A DNA stretch of 64,000 bases, taken from a bacterium (GTDB lineage: Bacteria > Patescibacteriota > Microgenomatia > Woykebacterales > RBG-16-39-9b). The position numbers were made by a program, and so were the translations under genes. How positions within the stretch are numbered: the stretch's first letter is position 1; each line of letters starts with the position of its first letter. This document shows, piece after piece, positions 51,801 to 60,280 of the stretch. The notes under the pieces are model-generated. The model saw nothing but the letters and a program-made list of their open reading frames with translations, made no database searches and was not told where the DNA came from. The DNA is taken from NCBI GenBank assembly GCA_030704665.1, contig JAUYID010000009.1, forward strand, positions 160,454 through 224,453, given 5' to 3'.

Positions 51801-53804
51801 GTTGGTAAAATTAAAGCTAAAGAAGGAAGCGTTAGCATCCATAGTGGCCCAGTCCAAAGTTTGAACTGTTGATCCAAAAGCAATCGCGCCGTTCCCGGCA
51901 GCATCTCCGATCGCGTCCCAAGTGGTGCCGCCAGCTGAGCAAGAACCCCAAGTTGGTACCCCACTGGCACCAGCTCCGGAGAGTAAACACTGACTGCCGG
52001 TTTCTGTCTCAGCGACCCTGGTTACAACTCCACCGGTTGGGTGAGTGTACAAAACTCCGTTGGCATCAGTTCCGTAAGATGAAAAAGTAATGGTTCCGGA
52101 AGAAGTGATTCCAGTGGCTCCGGTGATGGCTCCGGCAGCCGTGATGTCAATGGTTGGGGTATTTAAAAAATTGCTGTAGCCGTCGCCAAAAGCACCGGTG
52201 TTGGTGATCGAGATTGCATCAGTCAGCAACAGATCGGTATCGGCGTTATCAATTGCTATTCCGACATCTAAGCCGTTGGTGTTGGCCGAGGCAGCTTGTT
52301 GGACAAAAATTCCCTGAGTAGTTCCAGCCGAAGATGATGGGGTGGCAACTATTGAAATGACATCGACGGTTCCGGCCAGATCGGAGGTCATAGCTACGTT
52401 TTCGGTTCCCGCCAGCGTAAAGTTGGTAGCGGTGTTAAAGGTCGCCGTGCCGTTGACGGTGATCGCGTCTCCACTGGCATTGCCCAGGCCAATGGTTGAA
52501 GAGTTGACAGCTAGGGTTGTCCCGTCATCTATGGTCAAAGTTCCGGAAGTAAAGTTGTCAGAAGTATCACTTCGCAAAAAGGAAGTTGAGTCAACACCGT
52601 CGAGCGCTCCAGAGTTTAGTGAGTAAGAAACTGAGGAAATTCTCTGTCGGGGAGAGAGAGTTTCACCTTCAACTTCGACTTCGAGGTAGAGAGCTGGGTT
52701 ATCTGTAAAAAGGTCGGCGGGGAAAGCAGTGTCAGCTCCTCCACCAGCGAGACAGTCGTCGGTTGTGTCTTGATCTCCCAGACAAGCCGAGAAAATACCG
52801 TTTGAATCTGGGGTAAGGGTCCAAGTTCTTGAGGTCCATTTGAGAGTTCCGGCAGTTCTGGCATCGTAAATGTAGAAAATAATGTCGGTTGCTCCTGTCA
52901 CCGGAGCATCCGAGCTATTGGTCAGCCTTCCCTGAAAGGAAAGAATTTGGGGTGGGGCAGAGGCGGCCAAGACTGCTCCGGTCAACTCATTGATGTTGAT
53001 TGGCGCAGGAAGCAAATATTTGCTGTAAAAATTCAAACCGACCAGCAAAACTACTCCGGCCAATCCGGCCCAGTTGACATAGTCCGATATAGGATGACCA
53101 CGATAGGCATGCCAAAAACCTGGTCTCCAGACGATTAACCTTTTGAACCAACCAGCCTGACCCTGCCCGGAGGCCGGTTGGTTTTTGTAACTAGTTTCTT
53201 TATGAAAACCCAGGAAAGATTTTAAGCTCCCCAAATAGCGTTTGATTGAAGACTCGGCTAGATTTTGACTGTGTAGAAACGAAGAGTAACGGTTGATGTC
53301 GTTACGATTGATCCTTTTGACCGTCTGGTCATCAATTGAGGCGGAATCCTTTGCGCCAGTTTTCCACAAAAGAAAAGAGGAGACGTCTTTCTGATAGTGG
53401 TAAAGAGTGGCTTTTGAAGAACCCTGCCTTTCTAAATCTTCCAAATAAGCAGCAACTGGCCCATGGTTGATAGCTTTTGACACTGTTTGAACAGAAACGG
53501 CAGAAGGTTGCTTGGTTGGTGGAGCGGTTTTCTTGAGGGGGTAGCCCTTGCTTTCTGCCCAAGAAAGAAAGGATTTGAGACTAAAATAAAAGCGGCGCAG
53601 AGAACTTTCCGAAACCTCTTCGGAAAGTTCTTTTAGAGCTTGGTTCAGATCCTCAGCTTCAAGATAATCAAAAGAAGCAACCTTTGAAAAGACTTTTCGG
53701 ATGTCCGAGGCGTAGTTCTTTAAAGTTGAACGCGAAGAATTAAGGGAGGAGAGGTGTTCTATGAACTCCGGCAGGAGCTTCTCTAGGTCATTGGCAGTTA
53801 ACAT
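48867..53804 (-). CDS. Giant (1645 aa) membrane-anchored protein. Two N-terminal phage-integrase SAM-like (core-binding) domains without a catalytic domain, one TM helix, a large Thr/Ser/Gly/Ala-rich extracellular region, and a C-terminal module shared with the 2370-aa protein.
   Basis: N-terminus STLKNYASDIRKVF...SSLRRFYFSLKSFLSWAESKGY and a second copy SKATLYHYQKDVSSFLLW...SSIKRYLGSLKSFLGFHKE. TM WAGLAGVVLLVGLNFY. C-terminus YYAEEFNRLR ... HIDYVRVWQDD ... SLIYITPTTKTDGLTFYIKE ... FNWLIV. Confidence 0.75.
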   Translation of the reverse strand: MLTANDLEKLLPEFIEHLSSLNSSRSTLKNYASDIRKVFSKVASFDYLEAEDLNQALKELSEEVSESSLRRFYFSLKSFLSWAESKGYPLKKTAPPTKQPSAVSVQTVSKAINHGPVAAYLEDLERQGSSKATLYHYQKDVSSFLLWKTGAKDSASIDDQTVKRINRNDINRYSSFLHSQNLAESSIKRYLGSLKSFLGFHKETSYKNQPASGQGQAGWFKRLIVWRPGFWHAYRGHPISDYVNWAGLAGVVLLVGLNFYSKYLLPAPININELTGAVLAASAPPQILSFQGRLTNSSDAPVTGATDIIFYIYDARTAGTLKWTSRTWTLTPDSNGIFSACLGDQDTTDDCLAGGGADTAFPADLFTDNPALYLEVEVEGETLSPRQRISSVSYSLNSGALDGVDSTSFLRSDTSDNFTSGTLTIDDGTTLAVNSSTIGLGNASGDAITVNGTATFNTATNFTLAGTENVAMTSDLAGTVDVISIVATPSSSAGTTQGIFVQQAASANTNGLDVGIAIDNADTDLLLTDAISITNTGAFGDGYSNFLNTPTIDITAAGAITGATGITSSGTITFSSYGTDANGVLYTHPTGGVVTRVAETETGSQCLLSGAGASGVPTWGSCSAGGTTWDAIGDAAGNGAIAFGSTVQTLDWATMDANASFFSFNFTNAGTSAGTDSGVVINNAQNDSLSTDNVTENLLLLQQLDTSTGSSIVVSNALKIDSAANAGITDGIEITNSGGNITNGINLVDTAGGTFTTGISLSGTMTTGISLGATTTTAISIGTTTTAISVTSAGIGLSIAVPTGTTLSTGVKLGSGASEGNITTGFSYSILGGSIEVGDHSVVGTDAFYASSQCITAVCGASTSTLTNGLHIVSDYPASTISNGVLIETTNSGVITDGIDLSSCSCTNGINLGTNKILSSGSFTIDLNNAAADTLTITNGGAGVPSVNIDEDGSFKVGDSGGQLTLTVSDLGGLGQHGNISASAHLYIGVDNGNASADNVTGWVFYRNGSLTAHTLEFQENGEFKFTPTQTSGNILDVGAVTAVSQSAALTGLDIDLSTNYTVPNSSSGNQIGLNLTLKDGGASATANGITVAGTFDTGISFTGTLSSGGADITSASNRAITVTPAGTGDLVISTDSDTEVQLSGATSVLKLTATDNTAVLNLQDTSSNTLFQFKDLNTNFGGLAIGGAFASVNSYYAEEFNRLRTAGAGCIAETVNARGGDGNTNNCTASTGPISVAVTLGATAACAFRSVADSNGGYEEINAADGTGNAACLEYIGTNTANDAQLMFNSNNLPVALFKVRPTRAASGDTNSRYFIGLGNLGTAGSGVSTDAQDIMDTSDDSGIYFSNCTDPTTASTCNDTTWNVSLQNGATISTKDCGVTISTTNFAVMRIEVVSAGASAASVNAYVDGDVSDGVSWTACPAFGSVTVDGLAWGWFANTHANASLNSNFNFHIDYVRVWQDDAPSYPVPEQEVQDVPDSVAARSHQVVGQASDLVADKLTEDQLDQVLNNAAGIWYQSSGKAVSWISNSGEAVFLSVTSWVGEFRKLIFGELVVKDDSQVAGEISFDPGANEVFIESEKITDSSLIYITPTTKTDGLTFYIKEKRSGEGFVVGLQRNRGDLPGEASASATQNLRFNWLIVNKE

Positions 53805-53845
53805 TGGGCAGGGCTAACTTCCTTTTCAACCGCTATTTTTAAATA

Positions 53846-54075
53846 ACTGATTGATAAATCAGGCAGTTATACTAAAAATAGTAGCAGAAATTTGCCCCTT
53901 TGTCAAACCAAATTGAGTAGAAAAATTAACGTTTTAAATTCAGCAAAAATGGCCTCGAAATTGACCCGAAAGTGCCTTTTTACAACAAAATAAAATTACT
54001 TGATAAATCAAGTAGTTATACTTGAATAACGTCACGCTCCAGCGGGTCATAAATCGGGTAGTTATACTGATTGAA
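53846..54075. repeat. Three direct copies of a 23-bp motif (T[G/C]ATAAATC-NNN-[C/T]AGTTATACT), each with an internal TGAT-AA-ATCA dyad
   Basis: Copies at about 53849-53872, 54001-54022 and 54047-54069. Copy 1 overlaps the transcribed leader of the giant-protein promoter. Confidence 0.6.
53878..53906 (-). promoter_or_regulatory. Sigma70-like promoter (TTGACA-17-TACTAT) of the 1645-aa giant protein gene
   Basis: Minus strand reads ggTTGACAaaggggcaaatttctgcTACTATttttagtataactgcctgatttatcaatcag...aaaaggaag...ATG. Repeat copy 1 lies in the 5' leader just downstream of the -10. Confidence 0.5.
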
Positions 54076-54114
54076 ATATATTACCTGAAGTGATATGGGG
54101 TTAGGGTATTTAGT

Positions 54115-54139
54115 GTCATCCTCGTGAAAAACGAGGATC
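54115..54139. repeat. Stem-loop element GTCATCCTCG-loop-CGAGGATC, copy 1, followed by T5
   Basis: Perfect 9-bp stem. Related copies at 54563-54586 and inverted at 54605-54629. Confidence 0.55.
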
Positions 54140-54242
54140 TGCTTTTTATTACTTTTAGAGGCGTCCCAACCGGGTTAAGAACTCCTTTTCAGTAAAGACA
54201 CACCGGTAAGAACCCGTCAGGGGTTTTTCAGTCGAGCTGAGG

Positions 54243-54551
54243 ATGATTAGAATAAATAATAGAATTATGAAAAACTATTACGTTTATATAATCGGCAACT
54301 CTAGACCGACGCTTTATATCGGGGTGACCAACAACTTAGTTAGGAGAGTTTATGAGCACAAGAATAAGCTAGTTGAGGGTTTTAGCAAAAAGTATGGACT
54401 TAATCTACTTTTGTACTTCGAGTTGTTTTCTAGCGCAGAAGAGGCAATTAAAAGAGAAAAGCAGTTAAAACACTGGAACAGAGAGTGGAAATTAAGGCTT
54501 ATTAAAGAAGGTAACCCAGAGTTTAAAGACTTGTATGGTCAGGCAATTTAA
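54243..54551 (+). CDS. GIY-YIG nuclease superfamily protein (YhbQ/UPF0213-like, 102 aa)
   Basis: YYVYIIGNSRPTLYIGVTNNLVRRVYEHK contains GIY..YIG..R..EH, the hallmark of the family. Confidence 0.7.
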   Translation: MIRINNRIMKNYYVYIIGNSRPTLYIGVTNNLVRRVYEHKNKLVEGFSKKYGLNLLLYFELFSSAEEAIKREKQLKHWNREWKLRLIKEGNPEFKDLYGQAI

Positions 54552-54562
54552 CGGTTGTTCTT

Positions 54563-54629
54563 GTCATCCTCGCGAAGGCGAGGATCTTGCTTGGAAGAAC
54601 AAAAGATCCTCAATCAAGTTGAGGATGAC
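54563..54629. repeat. Two further copies of the GTCATCCTCG...CGAGGATC hairpin in inverted orientation to each other, downstream of the GIY-YIG gene
   Basis: gtcatcctcgcgaaggcgaggatc, then 18 nt later gatcctcaatcaagttgaggatgac. Confidence 0.55.
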
Positions 54630-54777
54630 AAAATTCAGAATTGGAAGAGTTGGTATTTGAGTACCTAGTAGCGGTTATTAATTCTTGGCAGCCCGTGAGA
54701 CGCTCCAGGCGCGTTGACAACAACTCTTTTAGAATCGTTTGCAGCGCTTGTTCGATTTGAGTCGTGAAGGTTAAAGT

Positions 54778-55758
54778 TTACTCGTGGGAGTTGCTTTGTT
54801 GTTTGGATCTGCTGATAATCCAGGCGTTGTAGCGCCGTATTGCGAAGAAGAGAGCCACCAGCAAGACTACAAGGACCGCTGAGGCGATACCAATAGCCTT
54901 CCAAGGGATGATCCAGAAGCTAGTTTGTGCGGAAAGGGTTTTTGAGGTTTGACCGTAAACCAAATCGATTTTGGCCTTGTACAAACCGATCTTGAAACCA
55001 AGATCTTTCCAGGCTAGTTCAAAATTTCTGGTACTTCCCGGCAAAATGTTTCCACCGGCTTCATTGACTGGGATGACGGCAACTTTACCACCGAAGATGT
55101 TGGTGATGGTGATGTTTCCCTTGGGCGCAACATGGACGTTTCCTGAGTTTGAAATTGTTAAATTTAACTTCACATCATGGGTAGTTGGGTAGTTGGGTTT
55201 ACTAGTTTTAAAGGTGGTTATGGTAGCACTCTCTTTTGTATCACCAGAGACACGGACCAAAATAAGCGCTCCTGTTTGGTTGATCAAACCAACACCAGTA
55301 CCGGCGACAGTTGCTGCTTCGGTCGAGAAGAGTATAGCTCCGTAGTGACCACCGGCTTCACCGTTCGTGGGGACAGTAATATTAAAATTGAAAGCTTCAG
55401 ATTTACCTGGTTCAAGAGTGACTGCCTCTTGAGTAAATTTGATCCACTTGGTTAGCGAGTAGGTGGAATTTTCTTCGCCAACATTGAGAAAGACAGGAGT
55501 ACCATCGGTATTGTTTGATTTGAAATCAACGACAATTGGGTAGTAAGTAGTTTTTTGGTTGCCAACATTTTTTATTTTGATAATATCTTGTTGGTTGTCT
55601 CCGGGATCGAGGTTGAATTCATAAAGCGGGGAGCTGACTTCAATACCAGTAGTTTTATTATTGTTAGTGGACTCCTGAGCCAAGGTAATCGGGGTGAGGA
55701 GAAGAGAACCAAGACTGGCAGCGGCAGTTATTTTCGAAATTGTGGACAGTTTTCTCAT
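54778..55758 (-). CDS. Cell-surface protein: signal peptide, beta-rich DUF916-like domain, C-terminal TM anchor (DUF3324-like)
   Basis: N-terminal signal MRKLSTISKITAAASLGSLLLTPITLA. C-terminal TM IGIASAVLVVLLVALFFAIRRY. Architecture matches CscA-type proteins of WxL surface clusters. Confidence 0.5.
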   Translation of the reverse strand: MRKLSTISKITAAASLGSLLLTPITLAQESTNNNKTTGIEVSSPLYEFNLDPGDNQQDIIKIKNVGNQKTTYYPIVVDFKSNNTDGTPVFLNVGEENSTYSLTKWIKFTQEAVTLEPGKSEAFNFNITVPTNGEAGGHYGAILFSTEAATVAGTGVGLINQTGALILVRVSGDTKESATITTFKTSKPNYPTTHDVKLNLTISNSGNVHVAPKGNITITNIFGGKVAVIPVNEAGGNILPGSTRNFELAWKDLGFKIGLYKAKIDLVYGQTSKTLSAQTSFWIIPWKAIGIASAVLVVLLVALFFAIRRYNAWIISRSKQQSNSHE

Positions 55759-55813
55759 TTTTCCTAAATCTTCAAGATTATATCTTCGCCAAAGTAAACA
55801 AGCAAGCTCCCGT

Positions 55814-56875
55814 TTAGAAGTTCCCGGTAGTGATCAAAGTTACAGTGTGAGAGTAGCTTCCCGCTGGTGTGGCTCCGGTAATTGAAGCTGCATGACAAAG
55901 AGTAACTACGTCACCTGCAGTTGGAGCTGAAGCATTGGCGTAAGTCTCAGTACCGTCGATCGGTTCCGCAGCTTCAGAGGCACCTCCACCACAGGCACCA
56001 TCGTAGTCTCCAGCGTCTGGAGTCCCGGTAGTGTCGCTACTAGCAAAACCATATTCTTCTGAGCCGGCATTAACAGCACCTCCTGCTGAATCGCCAATGC
56101 TATTAGTACAAACTGCGACTGACGGAGAACAGAGGTTTCCATCTTCAACCAGGGTGGAGCCGTATCCAGAAGTAGCGTTGGTAACAATAGTATTGGTATA
56201 AGTACAGCCGCTGACACTAGCAGTTGTTAGAGTACCTAGAGCACAAGTAGTGTCGCTCAAAGTCGCAGTAATGGTTGGGTCAACAGTAGCCGAAACGCTG
56301 ACCTGATCAGCACTCATGATTGGGACGGCGAGACTGCCAGTGTCCCCAAAGGTTCCGCCGATCGAAATTGTGTTGCTTCCGTCTGATCCTGGGTTGGTAA
56401 TTTGTTCATTTCCAGCTTCATCGGCGGTGGCGTTGGTGCCAATTTCAATGGTTACCACCGAACTGCCGTTAATATAAGTCGCCGCTCCAGAAGGAGCAGT
56501 TAGAGTCAAAACGTCGGCAGCAAAGGCAGCTCCCCACTCAGTAGCACTAGCGGTACAGCCGCCAGCTTCTTCCTGTATGTCTTCATCGACCGTGTCGTCG
56601 GTAAGGTCGACATCGCCACAATCAATAGTGCTCGTATCAAAGTCAGCGGGGAAAGTCACAGTGATAGTCTCGTCCTGAATTACTTCAGTACCGGCGGTCA
56701 TCGTAAAGCTGATCAAATGGTTGGAGGCGGTTGTAACTGCCAAGCGTGACATAGTGTCAGAAAGAGCGGTAAGGTTGCCGGCTCTTGAAGGGGTAGAGAA
56801 GGCGGGGAAAAGCAGAGAAACCAACAAGGCGGCAGCTAGTATCCTTATTAATTTCTTTCTCAGATTTATTTTCAT
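55814..56875 (-). CDS. Secreted Thr/Gly/Ser/Ala-rich protein with a WxL-like C-terminal motif. Paralog of the 56932 gene.
   Basis: Signal peptide. C-terminus TLCHAASITGATPAGSYSHTVTLITTGNF, paralogous to TICYHASKAGLTPAGSYSQIVTFITTGSF. Resembles the WxL-domain ending AGTYTG..TWTL with W replaced by F/L. Confidence 0.45.
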   Translation of the reverse strand: MKINLRKKLIRILAAALLVSLLFPAFSTPSRAGNLTALSDTMSRLAVTTASNHLISFTMTAGTEVIQDETITVTFPADFDTSTIDCGDVDLTDDTVDEDIQEEAGGCTASATEWGAAFAADVLTLTAPSGAATYINGSSVVTIEIGTNATADEAGNEQITNPGSDGSNTISIGGTFGDTGSLAVPIMSADQVSVSATVDPTITATLSDTTCALGTLTTASVSGCTYTNTIVTNATSGYGSTLVEDGNLCSPSVAVCTNSIGDSAGGAVNAGSEEYGFASSDTTGTPDAGDYDGACGGGASEAAEPIDGTETYANASAPTAGDVVTLCHAASITGATPAGSYSHTVTLITTGNF

Positions 56876-56931
56876 TGCTGGAACAAGGATTAACTATATT
56901 ATGAAGGTCAAGAAAAAGTCTGTCAAGCAAA

Positions 56932-57633
56932 TTAAAAACTGCCAGTGGTAATAAAGGTGACAATTTGACTGTAAGAGCCAGCTGGAGTCAAACCAGCTTT
57001 TGAAGCGTGATAACAAATTGTGTTCACTTCGCCTGAAGAAGAGGTTGGGCCGACCGCCTTCGCGATTAATTTTGCGCTCGTTGTGACAGCAGCCGCATTG
57101 TGATTGACACAACCGGCATCGACTGGAAAATCAAGGCCAGCACTTGAGTTTGAAGTTGCCAGTCCATAGGCTTCAGTGCCAGCGATAATCGGGCTTGCAG
57201 CTACTGGATTAATATCATCACCGACACTGGTGCGCAGATTGCCGTCCTGAATTACAGTCAGATTGTAGCCCTGCATATTGGTAGTCACAGTTACAGTATT
57301 ACTTTGGGTACTAACAGATCCAGTCGAGAGAGTACCAAGGTTAATTGTCGTTGAACTTAAAACTGAAGTAATTGAAGGGATTTGGGCTCCGACGCACTGA
57401 AAACCGCTGCAAGCAGTGTAGTTGGTTGAAATTGATTGCCCAGGGGCAAAGCCACCACCGGTATCGCTTAGATTGTAGTTAGCTGAGGATTTTGAGCCAC
57501 CAAAGATACCAAACTCTCCCTCGAGGTTATAAGTGGCTGAAGTGGAAGTAAAAGCTTCTACCAAGCTAGGGAGAAAAAGAAGTAAAGAAGTAAAGATAGA
57601 TATAGTTAAACAGAACCGGGCAAGGGCCTTCAT
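56932..57633 (-). CDS. Secreted protein, paralog of the 55814 gene, with a WxL-like C-terminus
   Basis: Signal peptide MKALARFCLTISIFTSLLLFLPSLVEA. Shared internal blocks GYNLTVIQDGNL and AGTEAYGLATS, and a shared C-terminal motif. Confidence 0.45.
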   Translation of the reverse strand: MKALARFCLTISIFTSLLLFLPSLVEAFTSTSATYNLEGEFGIFGGSKSSANYNLSDTGGGFAPGQSISTNYTACSGFQCVGAQIPSITSVLSSTTINLGTLSTGSVSTQSNTVTVTTNMQGYNLTVIQDGNLRTSVGDDINPVAASPIIAGTEAYGLATSNSSAGLDFPVDAGCVNHNAAAVTTSAKLIAKAVGPTSSSGEVNTICYHASKAGLTPAGSYSQIVTFITTGSF

Positions 57634-57733
57634 TAAAGCAATTTTACTTCTTTAAGATGGGTAACTGCAAATTTGCCTTTTATTTCAGCAAAGCTTAAAA
57701 TGTGGCAGAATTACAGTTATAATTAATAAATTC

Positions 57734-60280
57734 ATGCGTCCTTATTTACCAAAAGAAATTGAAGCTAAGTGGCGAAAGCGTTGGGAGTCTGCCAAATCCT
57801 TCGAGGTTGATATCGAAAAAGCGCCGGAGCCTTTCTACAACTTGATGATGTTCCCTTACCCATCTGGCGAAGGTTTGCACGTCGGGCATGTTTACGCCTT
57901 TGGGGGAGCGGATACTTTCGGCCACTACATGAAAATGAAGGGTAAAGATGTCTTTGAGCCGATGGGTTTTGACAGCTTTGGAATTCATTCTGAGAATTTT
58001 GCGATCAAACAAGGTAAACACCCCAAAGAACTCATAGAGCAGACTACAAAATATTTCCGTGAAGAGCAATTAAAAAAGCTCGGGGCGCTTTTTGATTGGC
58101 AACACTCAGTGACTACTTCTGATCCAGATTATTACCGTTGGACACAGTGGTTATTTATCCAGCTTTTTAAAGCTGGTTTAGCGGTCCGTAAGAAAGCTAA
58201 AGTTGACTGGTGCCCAAGCTGTAAAACTGTCTTGGCTGATGAGCAGGTTATCGGCGGAAAATGTGAGCGTTGTGGGACCGAAGTTGAGAGTAAGGAACTT
58301 GAGCAGTGGTTTTTTAAAATTACCGATTATGCCCAGAGACTGCTCGACAATTTAGAAAAGATTGACTGGTCTGAGACGACGAAAACAATGCAGAAGAATT
58401 GGATTGGTCGCAGTGACGGTGCCGAGATCAAATTCAAACTAAGAAATGTTCCCGGACAGGAAGATGGTAAGCACTCAGTCAGCGTTTATACTACCAGACC
58501 CGAGACAATTTTCGGGGCAACCTTTTTGGTTATTTCTCCGGAAACCGTTAAATCCTGGTTGGAGGTTGGTTGGAAAGCCTCTGATGAAGTTAAAAGCTAC
58601 GTTGAGGAAAGTTTAAACAAAACTGAGATTACCCGCCAAGAAGAAGGTAAGGACAAGACTGGAATCGATTCTGAGATTAAAGCAGTGCACCCCCTCACCG
58701 GCGAATTGCTACCAGTTTGGGTAGCTGATTATGTCCTTGGTTCCTATGGTAGTGGAGCAATTATGGCAGTACCAGCTCACGACCGGAGAGATTACGCTTT
58801 TGCCAAGAAGTTCAAGCTACCTATTGTGGAAGTTATTGACGGTCAAGTCTCAGATAAAGAAGTTTGGGAAGGAGAAGGCAAGCTGATCAACTCAAGACAG
58901 TTTAACGGTCAAAGTACCCAAGAGGCTAAAAATAATATATCAAAATATCTCGAAGAAAATCAATACGGATCAGTAAAAGTTAACTACCACCTCCGCGACT
59001 GGCTGATTTCTCGCCAGCGCTATTGGGGTCCACCGATCCCAATGATCTACTGTAGTAAATGTGCAGAAGAGGGTAAATCTTGGTTTACTTCCGAGGAAGC
59101 AAAGAATTGGCAAAATGAAAAATTAAAAATTAAAAGTGGAAAAATTCTTCATTCTTCATTCTCAATTCTTAATTCCCAGATGGTTGGTTGGTATCCTGTG
59201 TCCGAGAAAGACTTACCGGTTGAATTACCCGAGATCGAAGACTACCAACCCAAAGGCAGCGGTGTCAGTCCACTCTCGTCTTTGCCAGAATTTGTGAGCG
59301 TAAAATGCCCTAGTTGCGGCGAAGATGCCAAAAGAGAGACTGACGTTTCCGACACCTTTCTCGACTCCTCCTGGTATTTCTTGCGTTACCCTTCAACCAA
59401 GGTAAAGAATGAGCCTTTCGATCGAAGCCTAACTAAAAAGTGGTTGCCGGTGGATATGTATATTGGTGGCAATGAGCACGCGGTCTTGCATCTGCTTTAC
59501 ACCCGCTTCATCACCATGGTCCTACGTGATCAAGGTTGGCTCAACTTTGAAGAACCTTTCAAAAAGTTCCGGGCTCATTCTTTGATCACTTACAAAGGGG
59601 CCAAAATGAGTAAATCGCGCGGCAATGTCATCAATCCGAACGAGTACATGGATACTTATGGAACTGACACCCTGCGTATGTACCTTCTTTTCATTGGTCC
59701 TTATGATCAAGGTGGGGAGTTCAATGACCGGGCGATTGCTGGTATGTTCCGCTTTCTTGCCCGAGTTTGGACACTCACCCAAGAAGTAAAAGAAAAACCT
59801 GGTCATCAAATTGACCCAGAGCAAAACAAGAAGCTCCAAGAACTGATCAAAAATCTTGACCGTGGGATTTCAAGTTTGAAGTTTAACACTAGCATTGCCT
59901 ACCTGATGGAATTCGTGAACTTGCTTTACAAAAACAAAGAAAAAGTTCATCTTGAACTATTGAAGCAGTTTGTACTAGTTTTGGCACCTTTTGCTCCATT
60001 TATTGCTGAGGAAATTTGGGGAGAACTTGGCGGGGATTTTTCAGTTCACCAGCAAAGCTGGCCAGAGTTTGATTCTTCGGCTTTGGCGAAAAAATATGTT
60101 ACTGTTGTTGTGCAGGTCAACGGAAAAATGAGAGACAAAATTGAGGTCAGTAGTGAGGCCGCGGAAGAGGAAGTAACCCGCTTGGTTGTTGACCGACCCA
60201 AAATAAAAAATTACACTCAAGGCAAGAGAATAAAGAAAACGATCTTCGTCAAAGGGAGACTCGTCAATTTAGTTGTTTAA
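57734..60280 (+). CDS. leuS: Leucyl-tRNA synthetase
   Basis: HIGH motif (PYPSGEGLHVGHVYAF). Editing domain. KMSKS (GAKMSKSRGN). 848 aa. Confidence 0.9.
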   Translation: MRPYLPKEIEAKWRKRWESAKSFEVDIEKAPEPFYNLMMFPYPSGEGLHVGHVYAFGGADTFGHYMKMKGKDVFEPMGFDSFGIHSENFAIKQGKHPKELIEQTTKYFREEQLKKLGALFDWQHSVTTSDPDYYRWTQWLFIQLFKAGLAVRKKAKVDWCPSCKTVLADEQVIGGKCERCGTEVESKELEQWFFKITDYAQRLLDNLEKIDWSETTKTMQKNWIGRSDGAEIKFKLRNVPGQEDGKHSVSVYTTRPETIFGATFLVISPETVKSWLEVGWKASDEVKSYVEESLNKTEITRQEEGKDKTGIDSEIKAVHPLTGELLPVWVADYVLGSYGSGAIMAVPAHDRRDYAFAKKFKLPIVEVIDGQVSDKEVWEGEGKLINSRQFNGQSTQEAKNNISKYLEENQYGSVKVNYHLRDWLISRQRYWGPPIPMIYCSKCAEEGKSWFTSEEAKNWQNEKLKIKSGKILHSSFSILNSQMVGWYPVSEKDLPVELPEIEDYQPKGSGVSPLSSLPEFVSVKCPSCGEDAKRETDVSDTFLDSSWYFLRYPSTKVKNEPFDRSLTKKWLPVDMYIGGNEHAVLHLLYTRFITMVLRDQGWLNFEEPFKKFRAHSLITYKGAKMSKSRGNVINPNEYMDTYGTDTLRMYLLFIGPYDQGGEFNDRAIAGMFRFLARVWTLTQEVKEKPGHQIDPEQNKKLQELIKNLDRGISSLKFNTSIAYLMEFVNLLYKNKEKVHLELLKQFVLVLAPFAPFIAEEIWGELGGDFSVHQQSWPEFDSSALAKKYVTVVVQVNGKMRDKIEVSSEAAEEEVTRLVVDRPKIKNYTQGKRIKKTIFVKGRLVNLVV

